A stretch of 64,000 nucleotides of DNA. Source: Proteromonas lacertae (Eukaryota). The notes beneath the pieces are model-generated. The model was not told where the DNA came from, did no database searches, and was given only the letters and a program-made list of their open reading frames with translations. Shown piece after piece: positions 41,407-53,474 of this stretch. Both the position numbers and the translations under genes were made by a program. Position 1 is the stretch's first letter; each line of letters opens with the position of its first letter. The stretch spans positions 62,001-126,000 of the forward strand of contig NGBS01000017.1 of the NCBI GenBank assembly GCA_002245135.1, written 5' to 3'.

Positions 41407-44153
41407 CTGGGTTCGATAAAGGGCGTCCTTTTCGAATTTTGCCCTATTTTTGCCCCTTTTTTTTCAGCTGAAAAGAAGCCTGCCCCTTACTGCTCGGGCA
41501 TAGTAATATTACCATGTGTTATGCTGTAGTATATTTTTTCTGATTTTTTGTTATAACTTTTCCATATTATCATCTAGATATACTAACATATGTTAAAAAG
41601 GATATATTATTGTGTATTATAGCATAATAGTCATCTACTTTTCTTATGATTATATAATATCATATGTTTATGCATATATACTAATTATATAGAATATACA
41701 TACTGTATATCATATTCTGATATGCATATATATACATTATGTACATTTCAAGGTGATTGACGTCACTGAACATAAATGAAATTTATATAATAAATAATTT
41801 TGTATATTACACATATATCATATAGATAATTAAGAAGTATAGCTATAGAATGGGTATTTTCAGTTAATTGATAATCAATAGTACTTGTTATGATAATAAC
41901 ATAATATATTTCATAAACTAATAGAAAAACTATTTCAAAATTACTATTTAGTATATTTTGCATACTACTTAATGTATTTCAAGCAATTATTTGAATATTT
42001 AGAAAATGGTTTGAGAATTTCGAGCTATCATTTTGCATTTCAATTGTATATGGGTAAAACGAGAGATGCTGTGTATAGATACTTTAATGAAGATGTGGTG
42101 TTAAAGAAACCCCTTGAAAAATACAACAGAATTCAATGCAGAAGGTGCAAGGCAATGATTATTGCTCATTGCACTAATTTGAAACGTCATTACAAAAAGT
42201 ATAAATATATTTATTATATTTATTAAATTAGATGTAGTGAAAAGCTAATCCAATCAAAACTTACAGAATTGAGATATGATGAACGTGCAATAAACTTAAT
42301 GGTGACCAAATATCTTATAGAAAATAACTTAGCTTTCAGAACCATACAATCTAAATCCTTTAAAAATCTAATATATGCATTAAATCCAACTACAAAGTCA
42401 ATAACAATAAACAAAATAAAAGCATCAATGAACGAAGAAGCAGAAAGAATAGTAAAGGAAATTGTAGATAACAGTAAAATATGTATAATTGTGGACTCTT
42501 GGAAATCAGTAACCAATGAAAACGTTATTAATTTGGCAATAAAGAAAAGCAGTGATATTTCGTTTTTGGAATCCATTTATTTACATAAACGAGAAACATC
42601 AGAAAATATAGTGGAATTAATAATTCAAACATTAGTGAAGTATAAACTAGATATTAAAAACATTGTTGCTGTGAGTAGTGATAACAACTACACCATGAAA
42701 AAGATAAGTAGTATTTTAGAGAAAAAAATAAATAGACCTGTAGTAAAGTTTGGATGTTTAGCACACATCCTAAACTTAATCAGTAAAAAAGTATTCGAAA
42801 TAGAGAAATACAAAAAAGTGATAATCATGTGTAATGACATTATTCATAAGTTAAATAATAATCAAAAGATTAGAGAAATTATATATTCAATTATACAAAA
42901 AAATATCCAAATACGCAAGGGATGTGATACGAGATGGTCAAGCTATAGCGATGTATTTAGAAAAATATTACTCAATAAAGAAATTTTATTACAGATAAAA
43001 TTATTAAAGGAAGAAGATATACCAGAAATTAAAGAATGCTACAAGATTGCAAAATATATTTCCACAAATATACACTTATTATGCAAAGATTCATCTACAT
43101 TAAATGATGGTTTCAGAATATTGACCAAAATTAAAAGAAAGTTAATGAAAAGGTCATCAAGTGAAAAAGAACTTATTAAAGACATTATAAAAAAAGAGAC
43201 TAGACATGCAAACTACAGCATTTTAGCTCTATATGAATTTTTAGACATAAACAGTAAACATAAATTTTCAGACATGGAGAAGGATAATATAAAAAGATAT
43301 ATATTATCTAAATTCAGCCCTATTTTAAATCAGAAAGCATTAAATGAGATATATCATTTTGAAAGAAGAAAACCATACTCCAAAAAGTGCCCTTCAGATA
43401 TATTTTCGAAAAAGATATCAACTAATATATGGTACAATATGTATGGAGTTTTTTACCCAAATGTTAAGAAGCTATATGATATTCTTTCAACTATTCCTGT
43501 CACAAGCTCATTTATTGAACGTTCATTTAGTATTGAGGGAATAGTTCATAATCATATTAGAAATAAATTACAGCTTAATACTATAAATAATATTTTAAGA
43601 ATAAAATATGATTTATTAAAAGAAAAAAACAAAGAAAAAGATAGAAATGAAGATGATAATGATATTAGTGAAGAAGAATATAATTTAGATGTGCTGAATG
43701 AAATTGATAACAATATAGTATATGACACTTTAGATTATCAATGTTCTGGTGATGAAGATGAAAGTTCTGGTAGTTCTAGCGATGAAGGTTTAAGTGATGA
43801 AAATTCTAGTGATGAAGATAAAAGTTCTAGTGATGAAAATGAAAGTTCTAGTGATGAAGGTTTTAGTGATGAAGGATCTCAAAGCCCTTACTTTTAAGGC
43901 TATTATTATAATGAAATATTATTGTTTGTTATTGTTATAAGATAATAATACATAATTATGAAAAGAATAAATATTTTTATAGCGTTTAATATCCCTAAAA
44001 TCGCACAAAATATAAAAATTCAAATAAAATAATTGAAAAGGGCAAATTGTACCCTTTTCTATTTTTAGATAGTATAAAGGACGCCCCTTTCAATTTTTGC
44101 CCGGGACATGCCCTTGTCCCGCCACTGCCCTGTCCCTTTATTATTCAACCCAG
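41407..44153 (+). mobile_element. hAT-superfamily DNA transposon, full length (2747 bp)
   Basis: Imperfect TIRs CTGGGTTcgATA.../...TATtcAACCCAG. 8-bp TSD AGAATTTG at 41399-41406 and 44154-44161. Subterminal GCCC motifs and inverted GGGCGTCCTT (41421-41430)/AAGGACGCCC (44077-44086). Confidence 0.95.
42050..43897 (+). CDS. hAT transposase with BED finger
   Basis: ATG 42050. Intron 42199-42231 completes the BED finger CRRC...LKRHYKKC. Catalytic VDSW, SSDN, IERSFS plus CLAH and TRWSS. Acidic 18-nt-repeat tail. Confidence 0.93.
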
Positions 44154-44275
44154 AGAATTTGTTAAATATGATATAAATTTGAAAAAATTGTTAATAAGTT
44201 GTATACATTGTTTTATATATATTGAAGTTTTTATTTATTTCTTTACAAAACATACATAATAAATATAATTGTTAT

Positions 44276-45291
44276 TCAAACATTAAAATCATCTATTTCT
44301 AATTCATTATTATTATTATTGTCATTATATTTTATTATAAACTTGTTATCAACAACACCTCCTCTCTTATCACTCTCAATTATTATTCTATTCTCATTAG
44401 CCATCATCAAAACAGATAAAAACTTTCTACATATCTCATAACTATCACATTCTTCAACTAAATGATCAAAAGTCATTTCTTTCTTACTGCTATTCAAACT
44501 TTTCAACTCATTACAAATCATTTCACCGTAATTATGAATGTTAAACTCAGGATGTTTACTTTCTGCCTCTAATAACGGCTCTATTTTATTTTGCCATTCG
44601 TTTACCCTTCTTGCCAATTGTGTTTCTATTGCATAAGCTTCAGCTCCAGTCATAAATGCTTCTACATGTTTTCGACATAATTCTTCATAAGAAAATGAAT
44701 TATCAACTTCTTTAAACATATTTTCTATATTATTAACATTATTATTTTCTATTCCATCAAATGGATCAATATTTATATCAATATCATTGTCATCATCGTC
44801 ATTATTATTATTATCATTATTATTATCATTATTGTCATATATACTTATAATAGGATCTTCTGGTAATATATTTGTATTAATTATTGAATTTCGATTATTA
44901 TTATTGCTATATCTATTTCTCAATTTAATCATTTTTTCTTTTCTAATATTCTTTTGTTCAATATCATAGAGTATCTTAAATTCTTTATTATGAAATACAT
45001 TTTTAGAATTATTATCATTGATACTGTTTGGATGTTGTATTTTTACATTATAATTATCTTTTAAATGACTATATTCAGTATATGTTTTCATTATTTTAAT
45101 TGGCTTATTTTGATAATTATCATCACTAAAAGGATCTAGTAATTCATAATTATTAACCATTTTCTTTATTTTTTGTCTGTTATTATTATTATTATTATGT
45201 AGCTGTGGTGATAATAGTAAATTATCTGGTGGTGGCTCATTTATTTCATATTCTATTGTCATATCATTATCATCATTATCATCTATAAAAC

Positions 45292-45345
<54 letters not shown>

Positions 45346-46070
45346 CTATTTGTTCAGCATTCTGTATTTCTTGTACTTGCTGTATTTGTTGTATTTGAGG
45401 TTTTATTTCCGAACCTTGTAACAGTATTGCACCACTAGGACTCATCAAACATCTACTCAAGCTATATGATTTATTGTCATCTGATTTCTTTGCTGCACTG
45501 TTTAGTAATGGACTTGCAAATGAACTAAGATCTATTCTCTTTATATTCTATTTTGATTATATATGAAATACATTAATATACTGTATTACTGTACTGCTCC
45601 TCATATTTATGTAAATCTTCTTTAAGATTGATGTTTTTTCCTTCTTCTATTATATCATCGAGTGGTAAAAATTCTTCATCGTCTGATGGGAAGTTTATAT
45701 CTCTATCGTTACCATCTTTATCAACTGATGTTGCTATTTTCTTCTTTTGTTCTGATAAAAGATTGAGAGTTTCGTAAACTAATTGGTACAAGTATTCTAC
45801 TTTTTTACTGTATATACAAGTACTTCCCTATGATATCTAAATTGATTTTGTAATACTTGTATAAGAAGAGCCGCTTCTGCAAAATTGAGTGTAGTTTTGC
45901 CACTATCAAATGTAAATTCTATGCTTTCCAATGAGTCTAAATACTCCTCCAACTCAGAAGCAATATCTATGTTCCAATTCTGTGCTAAATCTCTATTCTA
46001 ATGAGAAAATTAAAATATACCTGATAGGGTTCAATAAAACGGCGAACTTTATCGTCGAATCTTCCTCCAT
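44276..46070 (-). CDS. NCAPH2: Condensin II kleisin subunit CAP-H2
   Basis: [49 protein letters not shown]-terminal [10 protein letters not shown]...[13 protein letters not shown]...[14 protein letters not shown]. Confidence 0.93.
45291..45345. repeat. (TTA)n microsatellite encoding poly-Asn in CAP-H2
   Basis: Uninterrupted trinucleotide run. Confidence 0.9.
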
Positions 46071-46149
46071 TGTCTAAAAATATTAAAAAATAGATTTGAA
46101 TTTTAAAAAAGGCTTGAGAATCAAACATAAAGAAAAAAGATAGAATTCC
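46071..46149. promoter_or_regulatory. 79-bp divergent promoter shared by CAP-H2 and Raptor
   Basis: Head-to-head ATGs at 46070 and 46150. Contains GGCTTGA-n3-TCAAAC. Confidence 0.6.
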
Positions 46150-49100
46150 ATGCCAAGACCAAGAAGAAATTCATTATTAACATGTTTGAAGTATAAAATA
46201 TTGTATTAATCGATTCTAGTGAGAAAGAAGGTGATAATGACTTTCCTGAAGATGATAAGAAGAAAAATTATTTTAAGCATAATAAGTTGTATTATTGTAT
46301 AGGACATGCTTTACTGGAAGATATTATACTCCAGAATTGAGAAGTAGATATCCAATAGATATAAAGTGGATGTCTAATGCTAGTCAAAGTATAACATCCG
46401 ATAAAGATAAAGTAAGAATAATAGTTATAAATATAACTTAATAGATATCTCTAAGAAAGTGTGGTATAGTTTTATGTTTGAATCTTGCTTCAAGACCATC
46501 CTATATAACCAATCCAGAAGAACAAGAAGAATGTTGGACAAGTATGTTATAATGTAATTATACTAATTTAGCAACAAAATCACTCTCAGTCAATAATGCC
46601 AAAGAATCAATTGCTAGAAAGGTAGAAGACCAATATTTAGGCTGTATGAACAAAACAGACAAAAAAAGTTCAGCTCGTGTCAGGGCTCAAGTAGATCCAA
46701 CCGAAGAAGATTTAAAAAACTTGTGCAATAACCTTATGAAGAATAAAACCAATTCATCATCTAGTTCAAAACGAAGTCATGTATTATTTCACTATAATGG
46801 TCATGGAGTACTTCCTCCCAACGATCAAGGTGAAATCTTTCTAGTTGATAAGAATAACCCTACATTATGCCGTCCATTCGCTGTGTCTAAATTGAAACAA
46901 TATTTAAATGGACCAACAATGTATGTACTAGACTGTAGTAGAAGTGAATTATTAGTATCTCACCTTTGTACAGAATCAACTCCACAGATATTACCGGGTA
47001 GCACATATGATACAATAATATTAGGTTCTTGTAGTAAAGATGACTATTTACCTAATATTGAAGGATTACCTTTAGATATCTTCACTTCATGTTTAACTAC
47101 CCCATTGAAGATGGCTATTCGATATTTTGAAATAAAAAATCCATTTCATTTAGCTTATCGTGAGAAAAACTTGTATGAGGAAATACCAGGAAACTTGGTA
47201 TATATTTATAGTAATTATATGTAATAATAATAATAGAATGATAGAGATACGACGTTAGGACATCTAAATAAGATCTTTGCTTCAATAACTGACGCAATTG
47301 CTTGGAATTCACTTCCAAGTGATTTATTCCAGCGATTATATCGACAAGATCCATTAGTAGCAAGTTTATTTCGTAATTATCTATTTGCTGAGAGAATCAT
47401 GAAATTACTAAATTGCACCCCAATTAGTGTGCCAAAATTACCGGCCACCAATAATAATCGATTATGGGAAGTATATATATATATATATTAATTATTATTA
47501 TTTTTATTATATAGAGTTGGGATTATTATTTAGAATGTGTATTATCCAATATAATATACAGTAAATCCATACCAAAACCATGTTGTAGTTTTTTCAGTGA
47601 TAATTTATTAGCGTTTCAAAATTGGTTAGAATTTTCGCATTTACGAAAAACTCCCCCCGAAGAATTACCTATTTTATTACAAGGGATTTTAGCTGGTACT
47701 GAAAATAGAAGTGAAATATTTAAAGTGTTGGCTCAATTTATAGATTTAGGACCTTGGGCTGCAAAACATATAGTTTCAGTTGGAATAATAACTTATGTAT
47801 ATATATTATGTTATATATATTTAAAATAGTTGATAAAAATCTTACAAAAATGTGATACAAACTCACTACGAAGATATATTACTTTCTTATTCGTTAAAAG
47901 TTTAGCATTTGAACGTAGTTGTCAAGAGATATATATTAATCATGATAAAGACTTTAGTACGTTAATATCATATCTAAAAAACCCACCAAGAGACAGTACA
48001 AGTCGTGAGAAATCATTAGTTGTGATATTATTTACATTACTATTTCATGAATTTCAATTAGGACAAGTATTTGGTTATAATTTGAAATTCCATGAAGCTA
48101 TTATTCATTTGGTATATATTATATTATATTTTTTGTTTAGTTTTCAGAAAATGATCCTTTCTTATTACGTTGGTTATGCTTATGTATAAGTGAATTCTGT
48201 TTGAATTTCCAATTAGTGAAAATCTATTTCTACAACACTATATCTGATCAATTATTCAAATTATTACATCATCCAAAACCAATCATTAGAGCAAGTGCGA
48301 TATTGGCATTAGGAAATATGCTTGGCTTGGGAACAAAAGAGAATCCACGATCTATTTTAATCCCAGATGATTCAACAATGGATTTTCAACAATTAATAAA
48401 GAAAGATTTAGAAAGTATGAAAATAATAATTGATAGTTGTGGTTATGATGGTTCATTATTAGTTCGAAGAGAAGTGTTAAGAACGTTAGTGAAATTTATA
48501 TATTGTCCATTACATACATATTATATATCCAAAATATTATATAGTAATAATAATAATAGTAATAATGAAATAATCAAACTGTCTGAAAGAAGTGAAGATG
48601 ATTGTAATAGTTATATGTATATCGCTTCAAAGTTCAATGAATTTAAGAATTGTATTTCTTGTTTTGAAATTCATTCGAGTTATATAAGTATTGATAAAGT
48701 TTTAAGAGATAAATATAATCTATCTCATCGTGAACCAAACAAAGCTTTACATAAAGATAATACATCTCTATCATTAGTTACAGCTACTGATAGATCTGTA
48801 AAAAAATCAATCAAACCAATCACCTCTGAAAGTCAGATATATAAACCATATATGAATTATAGTGATATAAATCGATTCAATCCATCATCTTACTCGATGA
48901 TGATGATTCCTCCACCTCCAATATTATCACAATTATCTCAACAACAATCACAACAATCACAATCTCAAATGAATAATAATAATCAATCATTGAATAAACA
49001 GAAATCTGAACCATTATTTGAAACAGAGAGAAAATCTGAATTATTACAAGCTTTGAATGATTTTAAAATTCCATCTACAATATTTGAAGTATATATATAG

Positions 49101-50297
49101 TTTATTATTATTATTGTTATTTTAGTGGAGTTTTAAACAAATATTAGATCCATTCTTCATAAAACAAACGAAATCTAAGAATGAAGAGCAAAATATAGAG
49201 AAAGTGGAATATGAAGATAAATTAATGAGATATCAACAATTATTCAATGCTATCCATCCAAAAGTATCTCCCAAATTATATGAACAATCAACAATCGAAT
49301 GTGAAAGTGTAACAACAACATTATTATATGCTCCTTATACTCCAGAGTTATATGTATATATTATTATTATTATGAATATAAATAGGTTGCTTTAGATGAT
49401 AATCGAATCAGTATAATCAATTACAACAATCGAATAACATTATCAAAATTTCCATCTCTTTGTCCCGAAGGTATAAAAATCACATCATTGTTATGGATTA
49501 ATATTCATCAAGATCCTCTGTTATTAGTTGGTTCAGCTGATGGAATAATTCGAATCTGGAAAACAATGGATAGAAAATGTAAATTGATTTCTCCTGAATT
49601 TAAAAGTGGTTTTACTGGTTTACCATTATTATCATTACAAAAGAGTTATAATGGAATTGGTTTAATATGTAAATATGATAAAATCAATACAAATTTATAT
49701 GTGAGTGGAAGTCAAAACAATATTCGAGTTTGGAATTTAGAGAAAGAAATGTGTAGTTCAATAATCGAAGGAAATAATGAAAATAAATCATTAGTAAGTT
49801 GTTTAGATGCTTGTAACAATATAGTAATAAGTGGAGATGATAGTGGAGGTGTTAGAGTGTATGATATTCGATGTAGTAACAATGAATATATATTACGAAA
49901 TGAGATAAAAGATAGTTGTAACTGGATAGTTCGAGTAAATTTATGTGAAGATAAAAAAGAATTTTTGAATGTTTCAATGACAGGTGAAATTAATTATTAT
50001 GATTTAAGTACAATGAAGTGTATTTCTACAATCAAAGCCTATGATGATGAGATTCTAACAGCTTGTGATATTCATCCAACATATCCATTAATAGCAACAG
50101 GTAGTAAATCAGGTCAATTAAATATCTATAATGTAGATACAAAAGAATTATTATGTTCTTATACTTCTCATAGTGGAATGTTTAGTCGTAGTTTTAGTGC
50201 AATTAATTCTATGAGTTTTCATGGTGGTTTGTGTAATTTAGCAGTGAGTAGTGTTGATTCAATCGTCTCTCATTTTAGTCCTTCAGAAACTATGTAA
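46150..50297 (+). CDS. RPTOR: Raptor/KOG1, TORC1 subunit
   Basis: RNC domain [60 protein letters not shown], then HEAT repeats and C-terminal WD40. All junctions reconstructed in frame. Confidence 0.95.
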
Positions 50298-51459
50298 TAG
50301 ATAATAATAATTATAAATATTATAAATATATTTGTGTTATGTGTTTTATTAACAAATTAATGCCATTTCATTTCAGGTTAAAAATATGATGGATATATAT
50401 TAAGATTGTATTGTATATATTAGTTAATAAGTATAAATATAGTGTTTAAATGATTTCTGTGTATGTAAATAAAAAAATTCCATAAATGAAACGACTAAAT
50501 ATTTTGAAATGTTGCATTTGATAGATAAAGTGTTATATGCTAAATTAGCATGTGATATGAAAGTATTTGAATTGATTTATTTTAATTAGGAGAAAGAGAG
50601 AATAGAGAGAAGTGTTAATGAGATAGATTTAGTTGTAGAATATGAGAATGGTATTCAAAAGTTGAAAGTGTTTAATGTATGTGAAATGAAAGAGAAGAGA
50701 ATATTAAAATTGTTAGAGAATAACTGTTTGTTGTTAGATTATTGTTCCTCCTTCATTTGTCGATATAGAATGTATGATATGAATGATTATGGTGAATATA
50801 TGATATATGAGAGAGAATATTACAGTAGAGACTTGAAAGAGATAATTCCTAAAAACTGCTTATGTGTGAATGATATATGTGATATAATAAGTTCAGTATG
50901 TGATGATGTAATGTTATTGAGTGAAAATGATGTAATGATTGGTAATTTGAAGAGTTCTAACATAATATATGAAGAAGATAGTGAAATAAAGATATGTGAT
51001 TTATTCTTGAATGAAATAAGAAAAGAAGAAGATATGAGAATATATGATATGAATTTCACAAGCCCAGAAGAGTTGAATGGATTAGAATATGATGAAGGAA
51101 GTGTGATTTGGTCAATTGGGTGTATATTTTATGAAATGATGTTTAAGAAATTACCATTTAATGAAGATGATAATATGAATAAAACCAAAGAGAATATCCT
51201 GAGATGTAAATATATTTTAGATGTAGAATGTTGAAAGTGAAGAATGAAGATAGAATGAGTTTAAAAGAGTTGAGAAAAGAAATAATGAAAATGAGTGAAA
51301 TATTGAGAGATAAAGGTGATAATATGATGATATGTGAAGAAAGAAAAGAGATGTTATATAATAATGATATTGTAATTATAAAATTTCCAATAACATATCC
51401 ATTAGAGCTGTATTATAAAAGTGAAAAAAGAAAAGTGATTAGAGATAAATTGATAGAAT
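49290..51459. repeat. Inverted segmental duplication, right arm (pairs with 6826-9035)
   Basis: Direct sequence comparison. Confidence 0.9.
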
Positions 51460-52823
51460 ATTATAATAAGCCAAATGAGAGAATACTTGCTATATTATTG
51501 ATTATGAAAATGTACAAAAATGGTTATTCAATTATAGAAAAAATGAAATTTCAAATTAATCACAAATGTAAAAGAGATAAAGAAAGAATACAGTTTAGAT
51601 TATATTATTTTTAAGAATATTCACAGTGATTGTGAAGATAAAGAAATAATTGTAATTAGTTCATACTGTAGATGTAAATGTGAAGTAGGTCTGAATTACT
51701 TGTTCAAAATATTGAAATTTATCGACCCAAGAAAACTGGCATATGGTATAATTGTAATGACTTTTTAGATAATATTGAAGATGAAGATGAAACATTATTT
51801 GGATTATGTGTTTCTGAATTATCAAATGTAGAAGAATTATATTTACATGGTAGTAATATTAATTGTGACTTCGTTGAATCATTAATCAGTTGCAATCGAT
51901 TCACAAAATTGAAGTATTTAGATATTGGATGTAACGAAGTCATCCAAAAGGGTTCAGATTATTACTTCCATATTTACATTTATTAATCAACAGAGATAAT
52001 GAATTGGATCTATTTGGAATGAATTTAGATGATCAATCAATGATATTATTATCAAAAGAGTTATACAAATATCCAAACCTTAAGAAAATAGATATTAGAT
52101 TCAACTGGAATATTCACTCAATTGGATTAAAAACCTTATTCTCCAAATTCCTTATTTCGCAAATCGAATTTGATTTTAATGGATGTAAAGATTTAATTTT
52201 GAATAAAAACATTCCTAACTTGTTTAAATTCCCTCCATATTATGTTTCAGATTTGATGAATTTAAAGATGTAACAGAATTAAATTTAAGAAGTATAATAT
52301 AGTTTTTTTATATTGTTTAGATAATAAACTAACATCTAAAAGTATAGAAATACTGATTAAGAATCTGTCTTCATTTTCAAATTTTAGAATACTTCATTTG
52401 AATGGAAATGAAATAGGAGATGAAGGAATGAAATTGTTAGCTCCATATTTGCATTTACTAAAATATCATGATATAATAAAGTGTTCAAGTATATTTATTA
52501 ATGATAATTTAAATGTAATAGAAATGGGATTATCTTCAATTGGATTAAAATATTTATTGGATGGTATAAAGAAAATAAGCGGAATAGACATGCTTGACAT
52601 AAGTGATAACAATATAGATTTCGAAGGAATAGAACATTTGAATAATTATATGAAAGAAAATGATAATATAAAAAAGCTAATCATGAATAGTAGTATATTT
52701 ATATTTAGTATTAAATTAATAGAAAAACCAGATGGTGATGTAGTGTTTAATGAAGAAGTAAGAGAAGAAAAGAAAGAGATTAAACAGGAATATAGAATAA
52801 AATCGTGTTGTACAATATTTTAG
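50509..52823 (+). pseudogene. Pseudokinase-LRR copy 3, frameshifted, shorter LRR region ending in CaaX-like CCTIF
   Basis: Kinase part nearly identical to copy 1 but with a 34-bp deletion at 51221-51231. Further frameshifts at ~51585, ~51940 and ~52250. Confidence 0.75.
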
Positions 52824-52868
52824 CTATTATTATTGTGTTGTATTGTATTTTGTGTATGATTTCTTATA

Positions 52869-53024
52869 TGGAAGATAATATTAAAAGTGGATAACAAGAT
52901 AAGAAAAGCGTTGAATGTTGAAGGAATAGAAGAAGAGAAGATATTCCAATTCTTCGAGAACAACTCTCTTTTATCAAATTGTTGTCCTATTATTTCAAGA
53001 CTTAGAAGAAATGATTCATCTTAA
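52869..53024 (+). pseudogene. Fragment of a fourth pseudokinase-LRR family member (N-lobe)
   Basis: Translates KIRKALNVEGIEEEKIFQFFENNSLLSNCCP, matching KLKVFNVCEMKEKRILKLLENNCLLLDYC (copy 1) and KIINISGIKENTVSEFLENNSILSDYC (copy 2). Confidence 0.65.
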
Positions 53025-53474
53025 TTCTTTATATTCTTTCAGCACATTATTCAATATTGGTATAAATATATAATCTATAGAGTAAAGTATTATAACAATG
53101 TGGTATTAGAAATGAATAATCTATATTGAAGAAAACAGTTTACTATTTCTAGAATGTTTTTATCAATCAATAGTTTTATTCATTATACGTTCTTTCACTA
53201 TATTGGTGTATCTTATTCATTCTACTCACTCACTATACAAAATTTAGTTGAAATTTGATTTGTAGCCTCAAAAAATAAGTAGTAAATATTACATTCTATA
53301 ATAAAATTAGTATAAATATCACTCTAATTCTTTATTGCAACTATTTATTGATTTTTATTGAAATACATAAATATACATGTATTAAGATGTATTAAATTAT
53401 TATTCTTTTAAATGAATGAAAATTGCTTCAAAGAACTCAAAACACTAAACAGTGATAAAATCAGTGTATGTATA

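Noticed and set aside
43351..43360. ATATCATTTT inside the transposase ORF
   Set aside because: The ORF is uninterrupted and there is no good branch site or acceptor. This shows the 10-mer alone can occur by chance, so only frame-breaking cases were counted.
43745..43880. 18-nt TCTAGTGATGAA-containing tandem repeats
   Set aside because: Simply the acidic SSDE tail of the transposase.
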